Source: Candidatus Uhrbacteria bacterium (lineage in GTDB: Bacteria > Patescibacteriota > Patescibacteriia > UBA9934). Taken from it: a stretch of 64,000 bases of DNA. A model generated the notes under the pieces. That model was not told the origin of the DNA, made no database searches, and was given only the letters and a program-made list of their open reading frames with translations. A program made the position numbers and the translations under genes. The stretch lies in contig CALRHD010000002.1 of assembly GCA_943359325.1 (NCBI GenBank), positions 4,629 through 68,628 on the forward strand, written 5' to 3'. Positions 10,990-21,163 of this stretch are shown in pieces (within the stretch, counting starts at the first letter, position 1; every line of letters starts with the position of its first letter).

Positions 10990-11078
10990 ATGTAAATTCT
11001 CTCTACGTCTTGTCGCCAATACAGACTGATGTACTATGTGCATGCTACGTTTTTCAGTCATGACTGTCAAAGGAAATT

Positions 11079-11840
11079 ATGTCTATTCGCGGGAAAAAAC
11101 TTGTTGCGTTTGATCTTGATGGCACACTCACGGAAAGTAAGATGCCGATGGACGCCGAGATGGCGGACCTGCTTGACCAATTGTTGCACCATGTGATGGT
11201 CGCAATTATTTCAGGAGGTGCGTACATGCAGTTTGAGCGCCAACTTGCAGTTTTGAAATCTGGACCAGAAGAATTGCGAAAACTTTTTTTCTTTCCTACG
11301 ACCGGTACACGGTTTTTTCGTTACGAAAATGACTGGAAACAGATTTATGCAGATGAGCTGACGGAAGATGAACGTACGAAAATTAAAGATGCGTTCGAAA
11401 AGGCGTTTGTCGACGTACATTATGCGCATCCGAAAAAAGTATACGGCGAGGTTGTCGAAGATAGAGGAACACAGATAACGTTTTCCGCCGTTGGTCAAGA
11501 TGCGCCAATCGAGGCAAAGAAATTATGGAAGGCGACGCAGGATCGGCGTGCAGAAATTGTGCAGGCGCTTGAAAAATATATTCCTGATTTTGAAGTCAAG
11601 ATGCCCGGGCTTTCGTCGATTGATGTCACACGAAAAGGGGTGGATAAAGCCTACGGGATTCAGAAAATTGAGGAACTCCTTGGTGTGGTCGTACCGGAGA
11701 TAGTGTTTGTTGGTGATGCGTTGTACGAGGGCGGGAATGATCATGCGGTTATTCGGACCGGTGTCGAGACTGTTGCGGTGGAGAATGCAGAAGAAACAAA
11801 AATGTTGTTGCGCGGGTGGCTCGCTGAATTTACTGCATAG
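11079..11840 (+). CDS. HAD-IIB family hydrolase, phosphomannomutase-like
   Basis: FDLDGTL, EDRGTQITFSAVGQ, GVDKAYG, FVGDALYEGGND. Confidence 0.85.
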   Translation: MSIRGKKLVAFDLDGTLTESKMPMDAEMADLLDQLLHHVMVAIISGGAYMQFERQLAVLKSGPEELRKLFFFPTTGTRFFRYENDWKQIYADELTEDERTKIKDAFEKAFVDVHYAHPKKVYGEVVEDRGTQITFSAVGQDAPIEAKKLWKATQDRRAEIVQALEKYIPDFEVKMPGLSSIDVTRKGVDKAYGIQKIEELLGVVVPEIVFVGDALYEGGNDHAVIRTGVETVAVENAEETKMLLRGWLAEFTA

Positions 11841-11883
11841 TGCAATTGCCCCTGCTGCATGGGGGGTGTAGAATGGGATAACT

Positions 11884-12375
11884 ATGGCTTCTGATCTCAC
11901 AAAACAGGATCTCATTGATGCACTTCGTGGTTTGGCCACGAAAGAAGATCTGCTTCGATTTGCTACGAAGCAGGATCTTTTGGCGATACGTGAGGAAATG
12001 GCGACGAGTTTTTCATCGGTTCGTGAGGAAATGGAGACGAGTTTTTCATCGGTTCGTGAGGAAATGGAGAAAAATCACGGTGAGGTGCTGCAAATCATCA
12101 ACACGCTTTCGTCAAGTACCGATGCGGGATTTGCTCATATGCATGAAGTTATGGCGACGAAAGAGTATGTGGATAAACGTATCACCCAGTCCGAGCACGC
12201 AATAAAAGATTTTGTAGATCGTCGTGCGAGCAAAATCGAAGATGAACTCTCTGCTCCGCTAAGGGCGGTCGACGAGAAAGACACCGCACTCATCACGCAT
12301 CTCGGTAATAAAAAAGTTATTGCAAAGCCCGACGTTGCGGCTATCGTCGCGCTGTCTCCATTTGCCGCACGGTAG
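11884..12375 (+). CDS. Coiled-coil hypothetical protein with ATKxDL motifs and an 11-aa tandem repeat
   Basis: LTKQDL/ATKEDL/ATKQDL; REEM(A/E)TSFSSV repeats. Confidence 0.75.
   Translation: MASDLTKQDLIDALRGLATKEDLLRFATKQDLLAIREEMATSFSSVREEMETSFSSVREEMEKNHGEVLQIINTLSSSTDAGFAHMHEVMATKEYVDKRITQSEHAIKDFVDRRASKIEDELSAPLRAVDEKDTALITHLGNKKVIAKPDVAAIVALSPFAAR
11989..12070 (+). repeat. In-frame 33-bp tandem repeat (2.5 units)
   Basis: CGTGAGGAAATGG(C/A)GACGAGTTTTTCATCGGTT x2 plus a partial third unit. Confidence 0.9.
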
Positions 12376-12384
12376 TCGTCGCGT

Positions 12385-13455
12385 ATGTTTTCTGTCCTCT
12401 TATTTCTCGTCATTCTTTCTGTCCTCGTGTTGGCGCACGAAGCAGGGCATTATGTTGCGGCACGGATTGCGAAGGTGAAAGTTGAAGAATTCGGACTGGG
12501 CTTCCCGCCGCGTATTTTTTCGTGGAAAAATAAAAATGGGATGACGTGGAGTCTGAACGCCATTCCGCTCGGCGGGTTTGTAAAGCTGAAAGGTGAAAGT
12601 GGCGATGAGCGTGCGGCGCATGACAGTTTTGCGCGGCAGTCGCTTGCAAAGCGTTTTTTTGTGCTTGTGGCAGGTGTCGGCATGAATCTTGTTACCGCAG
12701 CAGTTATTTTTGGTGTGGGATTCGTGATTGGCATGCCGACTATTGTCGACGGCGGCATTGCGGGCGGCACGGTGAGCAATCAGGATATTCGTGTTATCGA
12801 AGTGTTGCCCGATTCTCCTGCGTCGCAGGCAGGCATTCTTGTGGGTGACAAACTTGTTGGCATTGACGGCGTCGCGTACACGTCGAGCACCGCAGCACGA
12901 GACGCACTTTCACTTAGTGCACCACACACGGTAACATTTGCGCGTGGCGACGTGGAAGTCGTCGCGACGCTCGATCCTACGTTCATCCCCTCGCTCAATC
13001 GCGCCGTTGTCGGCCTCGGTCTTGTCGAGACGGGCACGGTGCGGTTCCCATGGTATGCGGCACCGTTCATGGGCATACGTGCTGCGGCGTCGTCGACATG
13101 GCAAGTGCTTTCTGCTTTTGGCGTATTGCTTGCAAGCCCATTCACACACGCAAATATTGGCGCAGAAGTTTCTGGCCCGATCGGCATTGCCGTCCTTACG
13201 GGTGAAGTCGCAAAACTCGGCATTGCCCATGTACTGCAATTCGCCGCCATGCTTTCCATTAACCTCGCGATCATCAACATTCTTCCTATACCCGCTCTTG
13301 ACGGCGGCCGTGTGGCGTTCCTCGCTCTCGAAGCGATTCGCCGAAAACCCACGACGCCGCGCGTGGAACAAATGGTGCATGCCGCAGGCTTCGCGGTGTT
13401 GCTCTTGCTCATTGTTGTGGTAACGTTGAAAGATATTGTGGGGCTGTTCTCTTAG
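12385..13455 (+). CDS. rseP: RIP metalloprotease RseP (M50)
   Basis: HEAGH, PLGGFVKL, PDZ domain, NILPIPALDGG. Confidence 0.95.
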   Translation: MFSVLLFLVILSVLVLAHEAGHYVAARIAKVKVEEFGLGFPPRIFSWKNKNGMTWSLNAIPLGGFVKLKGESGDERAAHDSFARQSLAKRFFVLVAGVGMNLVTAAVIFGVGFVIGMPTIVDGGIAGGTVSNQDIRVIEVLPDSPASQAGILVGDKLVGIDGVAYTSSTAARDALSLSAPHTVTFARGDVEVVATLDPTFIPSLNRAVVGLGLVETGTVRFPWYAAPFMGIRAAASSTWQVLSAFGVLLASPFTHANIGAEVSGPIGIAVLTGEVAKLGIAHVLQFAAMLSINLAIINILPIPALDGGRVAFLALEAIRRKPTTPRVEQMVHAAGFAVLLLLIVVVTLKDIVGLFS

Positions 13456-13458
13456 CGT

Positions 13459-14532
13459 ATGAAAGACGAACTCGAAAAACTCGTTGTCGACCTGACTGCT
13501 GCGCTTTCTTCGGTGCACGACACTGCGGCACTCGAAGTAGTGCGCGTAGAATATGTCGGTCGAAAAGGCAGGCTCGCCGAACTCATGAAGGGGCTGGCGG
13601 CGCTTTCTGTTGACGAGAAAAAAGTTATTGGTCAAATTGCAAACAGCGTGAAGGCGCGCGTCGAAGCGGAATTTGCGCGAGTTGAAAAAATGATTGCTGA
13701 CGCCGACGTCAAAGCGCGAATGACGCGCGAATGGCTCGACGTTACGCTTCCGGGAGCGGCGCCAAGTGTCGGGCATCTTCACTTGGTGTCGCAAGCAATA
13801 GAAGACATTACGGATATTTTTCGGCGGCTTGGTTTTGTACGCGCTCGGCACCCAGAAATCGACGGCGATTATTACGCGTTTGAGGCGTTGAACATGCCGA
13901 AGGATCATCCTGCACGAGATGAATGGGAAACGTTTTTTATACGCGACTCTCACAGTGCGGAAGTGATGCAGGGGCAAAAGGGGAAAATGGTGTTGACGCC
14001 ACACACGAGCAACGGGCAAGTACGAGAAATGGAGAAGGGCGTGTTGCCGATTCGTATGATCAGTATCGGAAAGTGCTATCGACGACAGTCGACGGCGCGA
14101 CATTCGCCGATGTTTCACCAGTTCGAAGGTTTGGTCATTGATAAAAAGTCTTCGGTAACGGAATTGAAGGGCGTGTGCGAATATTTTGCAAAGAGTTATT
14201 TTGGTGCCGACCGCACAACGCGGTTGCGCCCATATCACTTTCGTTTTACGGAGCCAAGTTTTGAGTTGGATATTTCGTGCGGCATTTGTAAGGGCGTAGG
14301 AAGCGTTGGTGGTGTTAAGTGTAAATTGTGCAAAGAGGGCTGGCTTGAGTTGGGCGGTGCGGGCATGGTGCACCCGAACGTCATTAAGGCGGGAGGCCTC
14401 GATCCTGACGTGTACGCAGGATTCGCTTTTGGCTGGGGCGTTGAACGCACGATGATGATGCGTGCAGGCGTAAACATCGACGATATTCGCATTTTGTACA
14501 GAAATGACTTGCGATTCATTCGGCAGTTTTAG
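13459..14532 (+). CDS. pheS: Phenylalanine-tRNA ligase alpha subunit
   Basis: GHLH, HPARD, HSPMFHQFEG, FRFTEPS, GFAFGWGVER. Confidence 0.97.
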   Translation: MKDELEKLVVDLTAALSSVHDTAALEVVRVEYVGRKGRLAELMKGLAALSVDEKKVIGQIANSVKARVEAEFARVEKMIADADVKARMTREWLDVTLPGAAPSVGHLHLVSQAIEDITDIFRRLGFVRARHPEIDGDYYAFEALNMPKDHPARDEWETFFIRDSHSAEVMQGQKGKMVLTPHTSNGQVREMEKGVLPIRMISIGKCYRRQSTARHSPMFHQFEGLVIDKKSSVTELKGVCEYFAKSYFGADRTTRLRPYHFRFTEPSFELDISCGICKGVGSVGGVKCKLCKEGWLELGGAGMVHPNVIKAGGLDPDVYAGFAFGWGVERTMMMRAGVNIDDIRILYRNDLRFIRQF

Positions 14533-14541
14533 TTATGAACA

Positions 14542-14677
14542 ATTTCTCCCACATAACATACTCCGTTCCTTGTGAAGCCCCGCAGCCGCAGTCCGTACAC
14601 AAGGCCTCGGCTTACGCCGGCCACGGACTGACGGGCGGCGCCTCACGACGTCACGAAGTATGTTATGTGGGAGAAAT
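14542..14677. repeat. Palindromic element family 2, copy A
   Basis: 21-bp perfect terminal inverted repeat (ATTTCTCCCACATAACATACT) around a conserved core CAGTCCGT...GGCTTACGCC...ACGGACTG. Confidence 0.9.
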
Positions 14678-14685
14678 CAGTGATT

Positions 14686-17061
14686 ATGAATAATTTCGCT
14701 TCCTACAATTGGCTGAAAGAATATTGTAAAACGACATTGTCGCCAGAGGATTTTAGTAGTGAGATAAGTTTGCGTTCGATGTCGGTCGAAAAAGTTGACC
14801 ATGTGAGTGAGCGTTTTGCACACATCATCGTCGGCTTGGTGAACGAGGTGCGCCCGCATCCCAATGCTGACAAATTGCGGATTGCAACGGTGAGTATGGG
14901 GAGCGCGGCAGTGGAAATCGTGTGCGGCGGCACGAATCTTGTAGAGGGAATGAAGGTCGCACTTGCGCTTCCAGGATCGACGGTCATCGGCCACGATGGG
15001 CAACGTGTGACGCTCGCCGTGAACACGATTCGTGGCGTAGAAAGTCCGGGAATGTTGTGCGGGCCTGACGAACTTGGTTTTGGTGCCCTTAAAAAAGGCG
15101 CACATGAAATTTGGGATTTAGGTGCGGTGACCGATGCAAAGGCGGGTACGCCACTCGCCGAGGCGCTCGGCATCGACGACGTCATGTTCGATGTTGAGAT
15201 TACGACCAACCGCCCCGACGCAATGGGTATTGTGGGTTTGGCGCGCGAAGCAGGTGCGGCGTGTGGCGCACCGTTTGCATGGCAGCCACCCATTTTTCCT
15301 GTCGCTGCGAATGACATTCCGTTTACGGTCGCGATTGAAGACGCGTCGCGCTGTTTGCGTCAAATGGCGGTTGTCATCGACGGTGTCACGGTCGCACCAT
15401 CGCCATGGTGGCTGCAGGCACGACTGTTGTTGGCAGGTTTGCGACCGATTAACAACATTGTCGACATTACAAATTACGTCATGCTCGAGTACGCCCAACC
15501 GCTTCACGCATTTGATTATAAAAAATTGGATGGTGCAGAAATTCGCGTGCGGCAGGGAAGGGCGGGAGAAAAATTGGTTGCACTCAACGGGAAGGAATAT
15601 GACGTTGAGGGTGTGCTTGTGCTTGCCGATGCAGTGAAGCCGCTCGACATTGCGGGGATTATGGGAGGCGAGCATACAGGCACGACGTCAGAAACGACCA
15701 CCGTCGTACTTTCGGCGTCGGCGTTCGACCATGTGGCGCTTCGCCGAACGTCGCGTGCGCTTCATCTGCAAAGCGACGCGCAACTTTTGTTCGAAAAAGG
15801 TTTGTCGACGGAAGCGCCGCCGTTTGCGTTGGCTCGTGCCGTTGAACTTATTGCAAAAATTGCGGGCGGTCGCGTGGCGAGCCCCGTGTGCGATGAACGT
15901 GTTTCGCCGTATGTACCGATCGTGTTGACGTGCAACCCGCAAAAAATTCGTGAGCGTATTGGCATCGACATTTCCGACGTACGCATTCTAGAAATTTTGA
16001 CGCAACTTGGATTTGCCGTTGATCAATTGCATGGAGCGTGGAGTGTCATCGTTCCGTGGTGGCGCGATCATGATATTGAGGACGCGATCGATCTTTCTGA
16101 AGAAGTCGCGCGCATTTACGGTTATCACGAACTACCCGCAATACTCCCGAGTGGAGTTCCTCCTACAACACCTGAAGACGCAACACTTGTGTGGGAGCGT
16201 TGGTGTAAGCGGTTTTTTGCAGGTGCAGGGTACGACGAATTTTTCAGCAACTCGTTTGTGAGTGCTGACGACCTCGCGCGGTACGGTGAAGACGCTGCGC
16301 AGTCGTATGCATTGTTGAATCCGCTCGCAAGTGATTTGTCGCACATGCGAATGTCGCTCATGCCGTCGATATTGCGTGCGGTAGAGTCAAATCAAGGGCA
16401 TATCGCGTCGGCGAAGTTTTTCGAGTTGTCGCGTGTGTACATTCCTCACGGCAATGACATGCCCGAAGAGCGCATGCAGCTTGTGCTCGGCGAATATGGG
16501 CACGACGACGTGGAAAAAGCATTCATGCGTACGCGCGGCGTGCTCGATGTGTTTGCTGCGCGAACCGGTCTTTCGTTGACGCTGCTTCGCGACGAAACTG
16601 ATGCGCGGTGGCACCCTTCGCGCACGGCGAAAATTATGCACGGCGAGGTGTGTGTGGGGCGCATCGGAGAAATCGCTTTTGCAACGCAAATTGCATTCGG
16701 CATTAATCGGCGCGTTATGGTGCTCGCCCTCGACCTCGAGACACTTTTTTCGTCCATGCATCTCACGCATCGGTATGTTCCCGTGTCTGAATTCCCTTCT
16801 GTTGTTCGCGACCTTTCGATTATCCTCGACGAACGAGCGACGTTCGACGACATTGTGCGATGCGCGAAGAACGACATTGTTGCGAGCGCAGCACTTGTCG
16901 ATGTGTATCGCGGTGCGGGCGTTCCCGAAGGAAAAAAGAGCATGACGGTGTCATTCACCATGCAAGTAGAGAGAACGTTGACGTCAGAAGAAGCAGACAC
17001 CGCGCTCGCGGTGATTAGTGAGAAGCTTGTTTCCGAATTATCGGGTATACTCCGTTCATAA
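14686..17061 (+). CDS. pheT: Phenylalanine-tRNA ligase beta subunit
   Basis: SYNWLKEY, HPNADKL, TTNRPD, INNIVDITNY, EEVARIYGY, ferredoxin-fold anticodon-binding domain. Confidence 0.97.
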   Translation: MNNFASYNWLKEYCKTTLSPEDFSSEISLRSMSVEKVDHVSERFAHIIVGLVNEVRPHPNADKLRIATVSMGSAAVEIVCGGTNLVEGMKVALALPGSTVIGHDGQRVTLAVNTIRGVESPGMLCGPDELGFGALKKGAHEIWDLGAVTDAKAGTPLAEALGIDDVMFDVEITTNRPDAMGIVGLAREAGAACGAPFAWQPPIFPVAANDIPFTVAIEDASRCLRQMAVVIDGVTVAPSPWWLQARLLLAGLRPINNIVDITNYVMLEYAQPLHAFDYKKLDGAEIRVRQGRAGEKLVALNGKEYDVEGVLVLADAVKPLDIAGIMGGEHTGTTSETTTVVLSASAFDHVALRRTSRALHLQSDAQLLFEKGLSTEAPPFALARAVELIAKIAGGRVASPVCDERVSPYVPIVLTCNPQKIRERIGIDISDVRILEILTQLGFAVDQLHGAWSVIVPWWRDHDIEDAIDLSEEVARIYGYHELPAILPSGVPPTTPEDATLVWERWCKRFFAGAGYDEFFSNSFVSADDLARYGEDAAQSYALLNPLASDLSHMRMSLMPSILRAVESNQGHIASAKFFELSRVYIPHGNDMPEERMQLVLGEYGHDDVEKAFMRTRGVLDVFAARTGLSLTLLRDETDARWHPSRTAKIMHGEVCVGRIGEIAFATQIAFGINRRVMVLALDLETLFSSMHLTHRYVPVSEFPSVVRDLSIILDERATFDDIVRCAKNDIVASAALVDVYRGAGVPEGKKSMTVSFTMQVERTLTSEEADTALAVISEKLVSELSGILRS

Positions 17062-17075
17062 TAAGTGAATCCACT

Positions 17076-17348
17076 ATGCTCGAATCCACGGACATCCTGT
17101 ACATCGTTCTCGCTTTTTGTGTGTTGTGGTTTACGGCGTTTTTGTGCTGGCTCATGTACCAAGCGGTGTCGATTGTTCGTCATGCACATGACGTTCTCGA
17201 AATGGTCGAACGAAAAATTGACTTGCTTGAACGCTCAGTGACAGGAATAAAAGCGAAGTTTGAATCTGGAACTGCGATTTTCGTAACTCTTGCCGACGGC
17301 CTCCGCCGTGTTGTCGATTTAGTTCGCAAAGATAGACGCGAAGAATAA
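17076..17348 (+). CDS. Small single-TM coiled-coil protein (DUF948-like)
   Basis: 90 aa, hydrophobic N-terminal helix followed by an amphipathic coil. Confidence 0.7.
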   Translation: MLESTDILYIVLAFCVLWFTAFLCWLMYQAVSIVRHAHDVLEMVERKIDLLERSVTGIKAKFESGTAIFVTLADGLRRVVDLVRKDRREE

Positions 17349-17383
17349 AATCGCAGAATAAAAATCCGCTTTGTCAAGCAAAA

Positions 17384-17418
17384 AGTGGATAACTATGTCC
17401 ACGACTCAGTTGCGGACA
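17384..17418 (+). repeat. REP family 1, copy 4, upstream of dnaE
   Basis: AGTGGATAA-CTA-TGTCCACGACTCAGTTGCGGACA. Confidence 0.9.
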
Positions 17419-17465
17419 TAACGCAAACCCGAAAATCTGTTACCATGCGAGCGTATCGTCGTCGT

Positions 17466-20400
17466 ATGGATCCGAAGAATTTTGTTTATCTCCACAATCA
17501 TTCGCATTACTCGCTTTTGGAGGCGCTGCCGAAGCCGAAAAGCCTCGTGAAACGCGCGAAAGAGCTGGGAATGTCGACATTGGCGTTGACGGACAACGGG
17601 GCGCTGTATGGTGCGGTCGAGTTTTTTAAGGCGTGTAAAGATGCCGAAATGAAGCCCATTCTTGGCATGGACACCTACGTTGCGCCGTACCGCATGACCG
17701 ATCGCCGACCGCGTGTCGACGAACGGGCGTTGCGACTCGTGCTCCTCGCCGAGAATGACGAAGGCTACCGTAATCTTCTTCGTATTACGACTGCGGGGTT
17801 TCTTGATGGTTTTTATTACAAGCCGCGCGTTGACAAAGAATTTTTGCGGGAGCATGCACGGGGGTTGATTGCACTTTCGGGGAGTGTGAGCAACGACATC
17901 GCCTTGGCGCTCCTATCCGATGACGTCGACAAAGCGAAGATGCTTGTTGCGAGCTATCAAGATATTTTTGGAAAAGAAAATTTTTATCTTGAACTCATTC
18001 ACCACCCCGACATGCAGCGCCAGCTTGAGGTGAACGAGGCATACAAAAAATTATCGGCGGAAACAGGTGTACCGCTTGTGGCAACACGCAACGTATTTTA
18101 CCTCGACCCCGATGACCGCGAGGGGTATGAGGCGCAGTTGTGCATTATGCGTGGAAGGACGCTCGAAGAATTTCGTCGCACGTCTACCGACGACGTTGAC
18201 TTGTCGTTTGGTACGCCCGAGGAGATTTGCACATATTTTGCCGACGTTCCCGACGCGCTCGAAAATACTGCGAAGATCGCCGAGCGGTGCACGTTTACCA
18301 TGGAGCTTGGAAAAAACTTTCTTCCTGTCTTTCCGCTTCCTCCGGGAAAAACGGACAATGAATATTTTCATGAGTTGTGTATCGCGGGTTTGAAGGAGCG
18401 TTACGCCGACCCCATTCCTGTCGACGTCATGGAGCGATTCGATTTTGAGTACGCGACTATTGAAAAGATGGGATTTGCATCGTACTTTCTTATCGTGCAG
18501 GACTACATCAATTGGGCAAAAAACAACGGCGTGCTCGTAGGGCCCGGCCGTGGAAGTGCAGCGGGAAGTATTGTGGCGTATGCGCTACGCATTACCGACA
18601 TCGAGCCGTTACGTTATGGATTGCTTTTTGAGCGGTTTCTTAACCCCGACCGTGCGTCGCTCCCTGACATTGACACCGACTTTGCCGACCGCGGCCGTGG
18701 AAAAGTCCTCGAATACATCGCACAAAAATACGGCGCTGACCATTGTGCAGGCATTATCACGTTTGGAACCCTCATGCCTCGTGCTGCGGTTCGCGACGCC
18801 GCGCGTGTGCTCGGCCTCACGTTTCAAGAGGCCGACGTTATTGCAAAGGCTGTACCGCCGCCTGTGCAAGGGCGCCACACGCCACTCAAAGAGGCGATTG
18901 TGGAGTCGCCCGACTTGCGGCGTATTGTTGACGGTGACCCGATCGCGCGACGCGTTGTCGACCTCGCCATGAAGCTTGAGGGCAACCCTCGCCACGCCTC
19001 GCAGCACGCATGCGGCATTGTGATTGGTGACAAGCCGCTTGTTGAGCGTGTGCCCCTCCAGAAAGGTCAACATGAAGACATGGCGTTCATTACGCAATAT
19101 TCGCTTAATTCCGCCGAGGCTGCGGGTCTCGTGAAGATGGACTTTCTCGGATTGTCGAACCTCACCGTCATTGAAGACGCACTCGAAATTGTGCGCGCCG
19201 TTCACGGTGTCACTATCGACATCGAGAATGTTCCGTTAGACGACAAAAAAACATTTGCGCTTCTCGGCCGTGGTGATACGACGGGCGTATTTCAGCTGGA
19301 AAGTGATGGCATGAAGCGCTACATTCGCGACCTGAAGCCGACGATGTTTGAAGACATTATTGCAATGGTGTCGCTGTATCGCCCAGGGCCAATGCAGTTT
19401 ATTGAAAGTTTTATTAGTCGCAAACATGGCCGTGAAGCGGTTGCGTACGAACACCCACTTATGGAACGGGCGTTTAAAGAAACGTACGGTATTCCCGTAT
19501 ATCAAGAGCAGGTCATGCAGGTGAGCAAAGACGTTGCAGGTTTTACGGGCGGTGAAGCAGACACGCTTCGTAAGGCGATGGGAAAAAAGATTGCCGAGCT
19601 CATGGCGAAGATGAAAACAAAATTTATCGACGGCGCAGTGAAAAACGGCGTGCGCGCAACTGTTGCAGAAAAGATTTTTCAAAAGTTGGAAGACTTTGCC
19701 GCATATGGGTTCAATAAGTCTCATGCTGCGTGCTATGCAATGATTGCGTACCGCACGGCGTATCTCAAGGCCTACTACCCGGCAGAATTCATGTGTGCCC
19801 TCATGAATAGTGATTCGGGTAATCTCGATCGTATTACTATCGAAGTTGCTGAATGTAGTCGTATGGGGCACGTGGTGTTACCGCCTGACGTCAACGAATC
19901 ATTCCCTGGATTTGCTGTGGTACCGGATACAAAAAACATTCGTTGGGGTTTGCAAGCGATTAAAAATGTCGGCACAGAGATTGCAGAGATTATCGTTCGT
20001 GAGCGTAAGCAAGGCGGAGAGTTTGTCGACCTTCCCGATTTTTTGGGGCGCATCCATGCAAACACATTTAACAAAAAAACGCTTGAGGCGCTTATAAAAA
20101 CCGGTGCGCTCGATCGTTTTGACGACCGTGCAAAACTTTTCACGAACCTTGACCAGCTGCTGTTGTACAACAAGCACATCAACGCATCACGTGAACAAAA
20201 CCAAGTGACACTTTTCGATCTTTCGCCAACGATGGTGACGGAGAAGATTGTGTTGCGCCCGTCCGAAAATATTTCACGGAGCACCATACTTGGGTGGGAA
20301 AAAGAATTACTGGGCTTGTATGTCAGTATGCATCCTGGAGTTCTTTTTGCCGATGCATTTTTGGGTCGTGTCAAAACATGCGCGGAAATTGCTACAATGG

Positions 20401-21017
20401 ACGACGATGTTTTTGTGTCGACTGCAGGAGTTATTGGGAGCGTGAAACAGATTTTCACAAAAAAGAAAAACGATGCAATGGCGTTTGTGCGACTCGAAGA
20501 TAGCTCGGGAAGCATTGAGATGGTCGTGTTTCCGAAAGTGTATGCGCAGATTAAGGAGAAGCTGTTGCCGGATACGCTTGTGCTTGTGAAGGGTAAGGTT
20601 TCGGTGCGCGAAGGTCGTGAAGACGCCGAGGGGAATGTGACGAATGAACATTCGGTGTTGTGCGACGCTATCGTGCCATTTCGCGAGGAAGATGTGCCGC
20701 GCATTGGTGCAATGTTGCAACAGGATATGTGGCCGGAAGAAGGAGGTCCGGCGAAGCCGGATCCGGCTTCGCCAGAAAAGAGAAAAGTGGGAAGTATCGA
20801 AGACGGTATTATGATCACGGCACCAGAAATGCCGTCGCAAGAGATGATTGGGAAGTTGCGCGAAATATTCCAGGCAGCACCGGGGAGGGAGCGGGTGTAC
20901 CTCCTTGTACAGTCGGGCGGGAAATTGCAAACCATCGCAACCGAGTATTCCGTGAAACGCTCGCAAGACCTTCTTGTCCGCATTTCTGCAATTGTCGGTG
21001 CAGAGAATGTGCGGTAG
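17466..21017 (+). CDS. dnaE: DNA polymerase III alpha subunit
   Basis: PHP domain HNHSHYSLLE, GPGRGSAAGS, PDIDTDF, YGFNKSHA, C-terminal OB fold; true start MDPKNF at 17466. Confidence 0.97.
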   Translation: MDPKNFVYLHNHSHYSLLEALPKPKSLVKRAKELGMSTLALTDNGALYGAVEFFKACKDAEMKPILGMDTYVAPYRMTDRRPRVDERALRLVLLAENDEGYRNLLRITTAGFLDGFYYKPRVDKEFLREHARGLIALSGSVSNDIALALLSDDVDKAKMLVASYQDIFGKENFYLELIHHPDMQRQLEVNEAYKKLSAETGVPLVATRNVFYLDPDDREGYEAQLCIMRGRTLEEFRRTSTDDVDLSFGTPEEICTYFADVPDALENTAKIAERCTFTMELGKNFLPVFPLPPGKTDNEYFHELCIAGLKERYADPIPVDVMERFDFEYATIEKMGFASYFLIVQDYINWAKNNGVLVGPGRGSAAGSIVAYALRITDIEPLRYGLLFERFLNPDRASLPDIDTDFADRGRGKVLEYIAQKYGADHCAGIITFGTLMPRAAVRDAARVLGLTFQEADVIAKAVPPPVQGRHTPLKEAIVESPDLRRIVDGDPIARRVVDLAMKLEGNPRHASQHACGIVIGDKPLVERVPLQKGQHEDMAFITQYSLNSAEAAGLVKMDFLGLSNLTVIEDALEIVRAVHGVTIDIENVPLDDKKTFALLGRGDTTGVFQLESDGMKRYIRDLKPTMFEDIIAMVSLYRPGPMQFIESFISRKHGREAVAYEHPLMERAFKETYGIPVYQEQVMQVSKDVAGFTGGEADTLRKAMGKKIAELMAKMKTKFIDGAVKNGVRATVAEKIFQKLEDFAAYGFNKSHAACYAMIAYRTAYLKAYYPAEFMCALMNSDSGNLDRITIEVAECSRMGHVVLPPDVNESFPGFAVVPDTKNIRWGLQAIKNVGTEIAEIIVRERKQGGEFVDLPDFLGRIHANTFNKKTLEALIKTGALDRFDDRAKLFTNLDQLLLYNKHINASREQNQVTLFDLSPTMVTEKIVLRPSENISRSTILGWEKELLGLYVSMHPGVLFADAFLGRVKTCAEIATMDDDVFVSTAGVIGSVKQIFTKKKNDAMAFVRLEDSSGSIEMVVFPKVYAQIKEKLLPDTLVLVKGKVSVREGREDAEGNVTNEHSVLCDAIVPFREEDVPRIGAMLQQDMWPEEGGPAKPDPASPEKRKVGSIEDGIMITAPEMPSQEMIGKLREIFQAAPGRERVYLLVQSGGKLQTIATEYSVKRSQDLLVRISAIVGAENVR

Positions 21018-21163
21018 CGTCGCGGGCGCCTAGGCATTCGGGACGCGGTATTTTTTTGACAAAACGCCCATTTTTTGTTATAAAATAAGGGTTGATCCTC
21101 TTGTTGGATTGACCGTTTCTCGAGCGTTTTGAGATGTTTTTCAAGAAAAAGGAGGACTAGCCG

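Noticed and set aside
14578-14642. Family-2 core as hammerhead ribozyme, T-box or tRNA
   Set aside because: CTGACGG is not CUGANGA and there is no correctly placed GAAA; no T-box consensus or cloverleaf; copies also occur away from synthetase genes.
17385-17465. N-terminal extension of DnaE in the ORF track
   Set aside because: It begins inside a REP copy; conserved PHP sequence starts at MDPKNF (17466).
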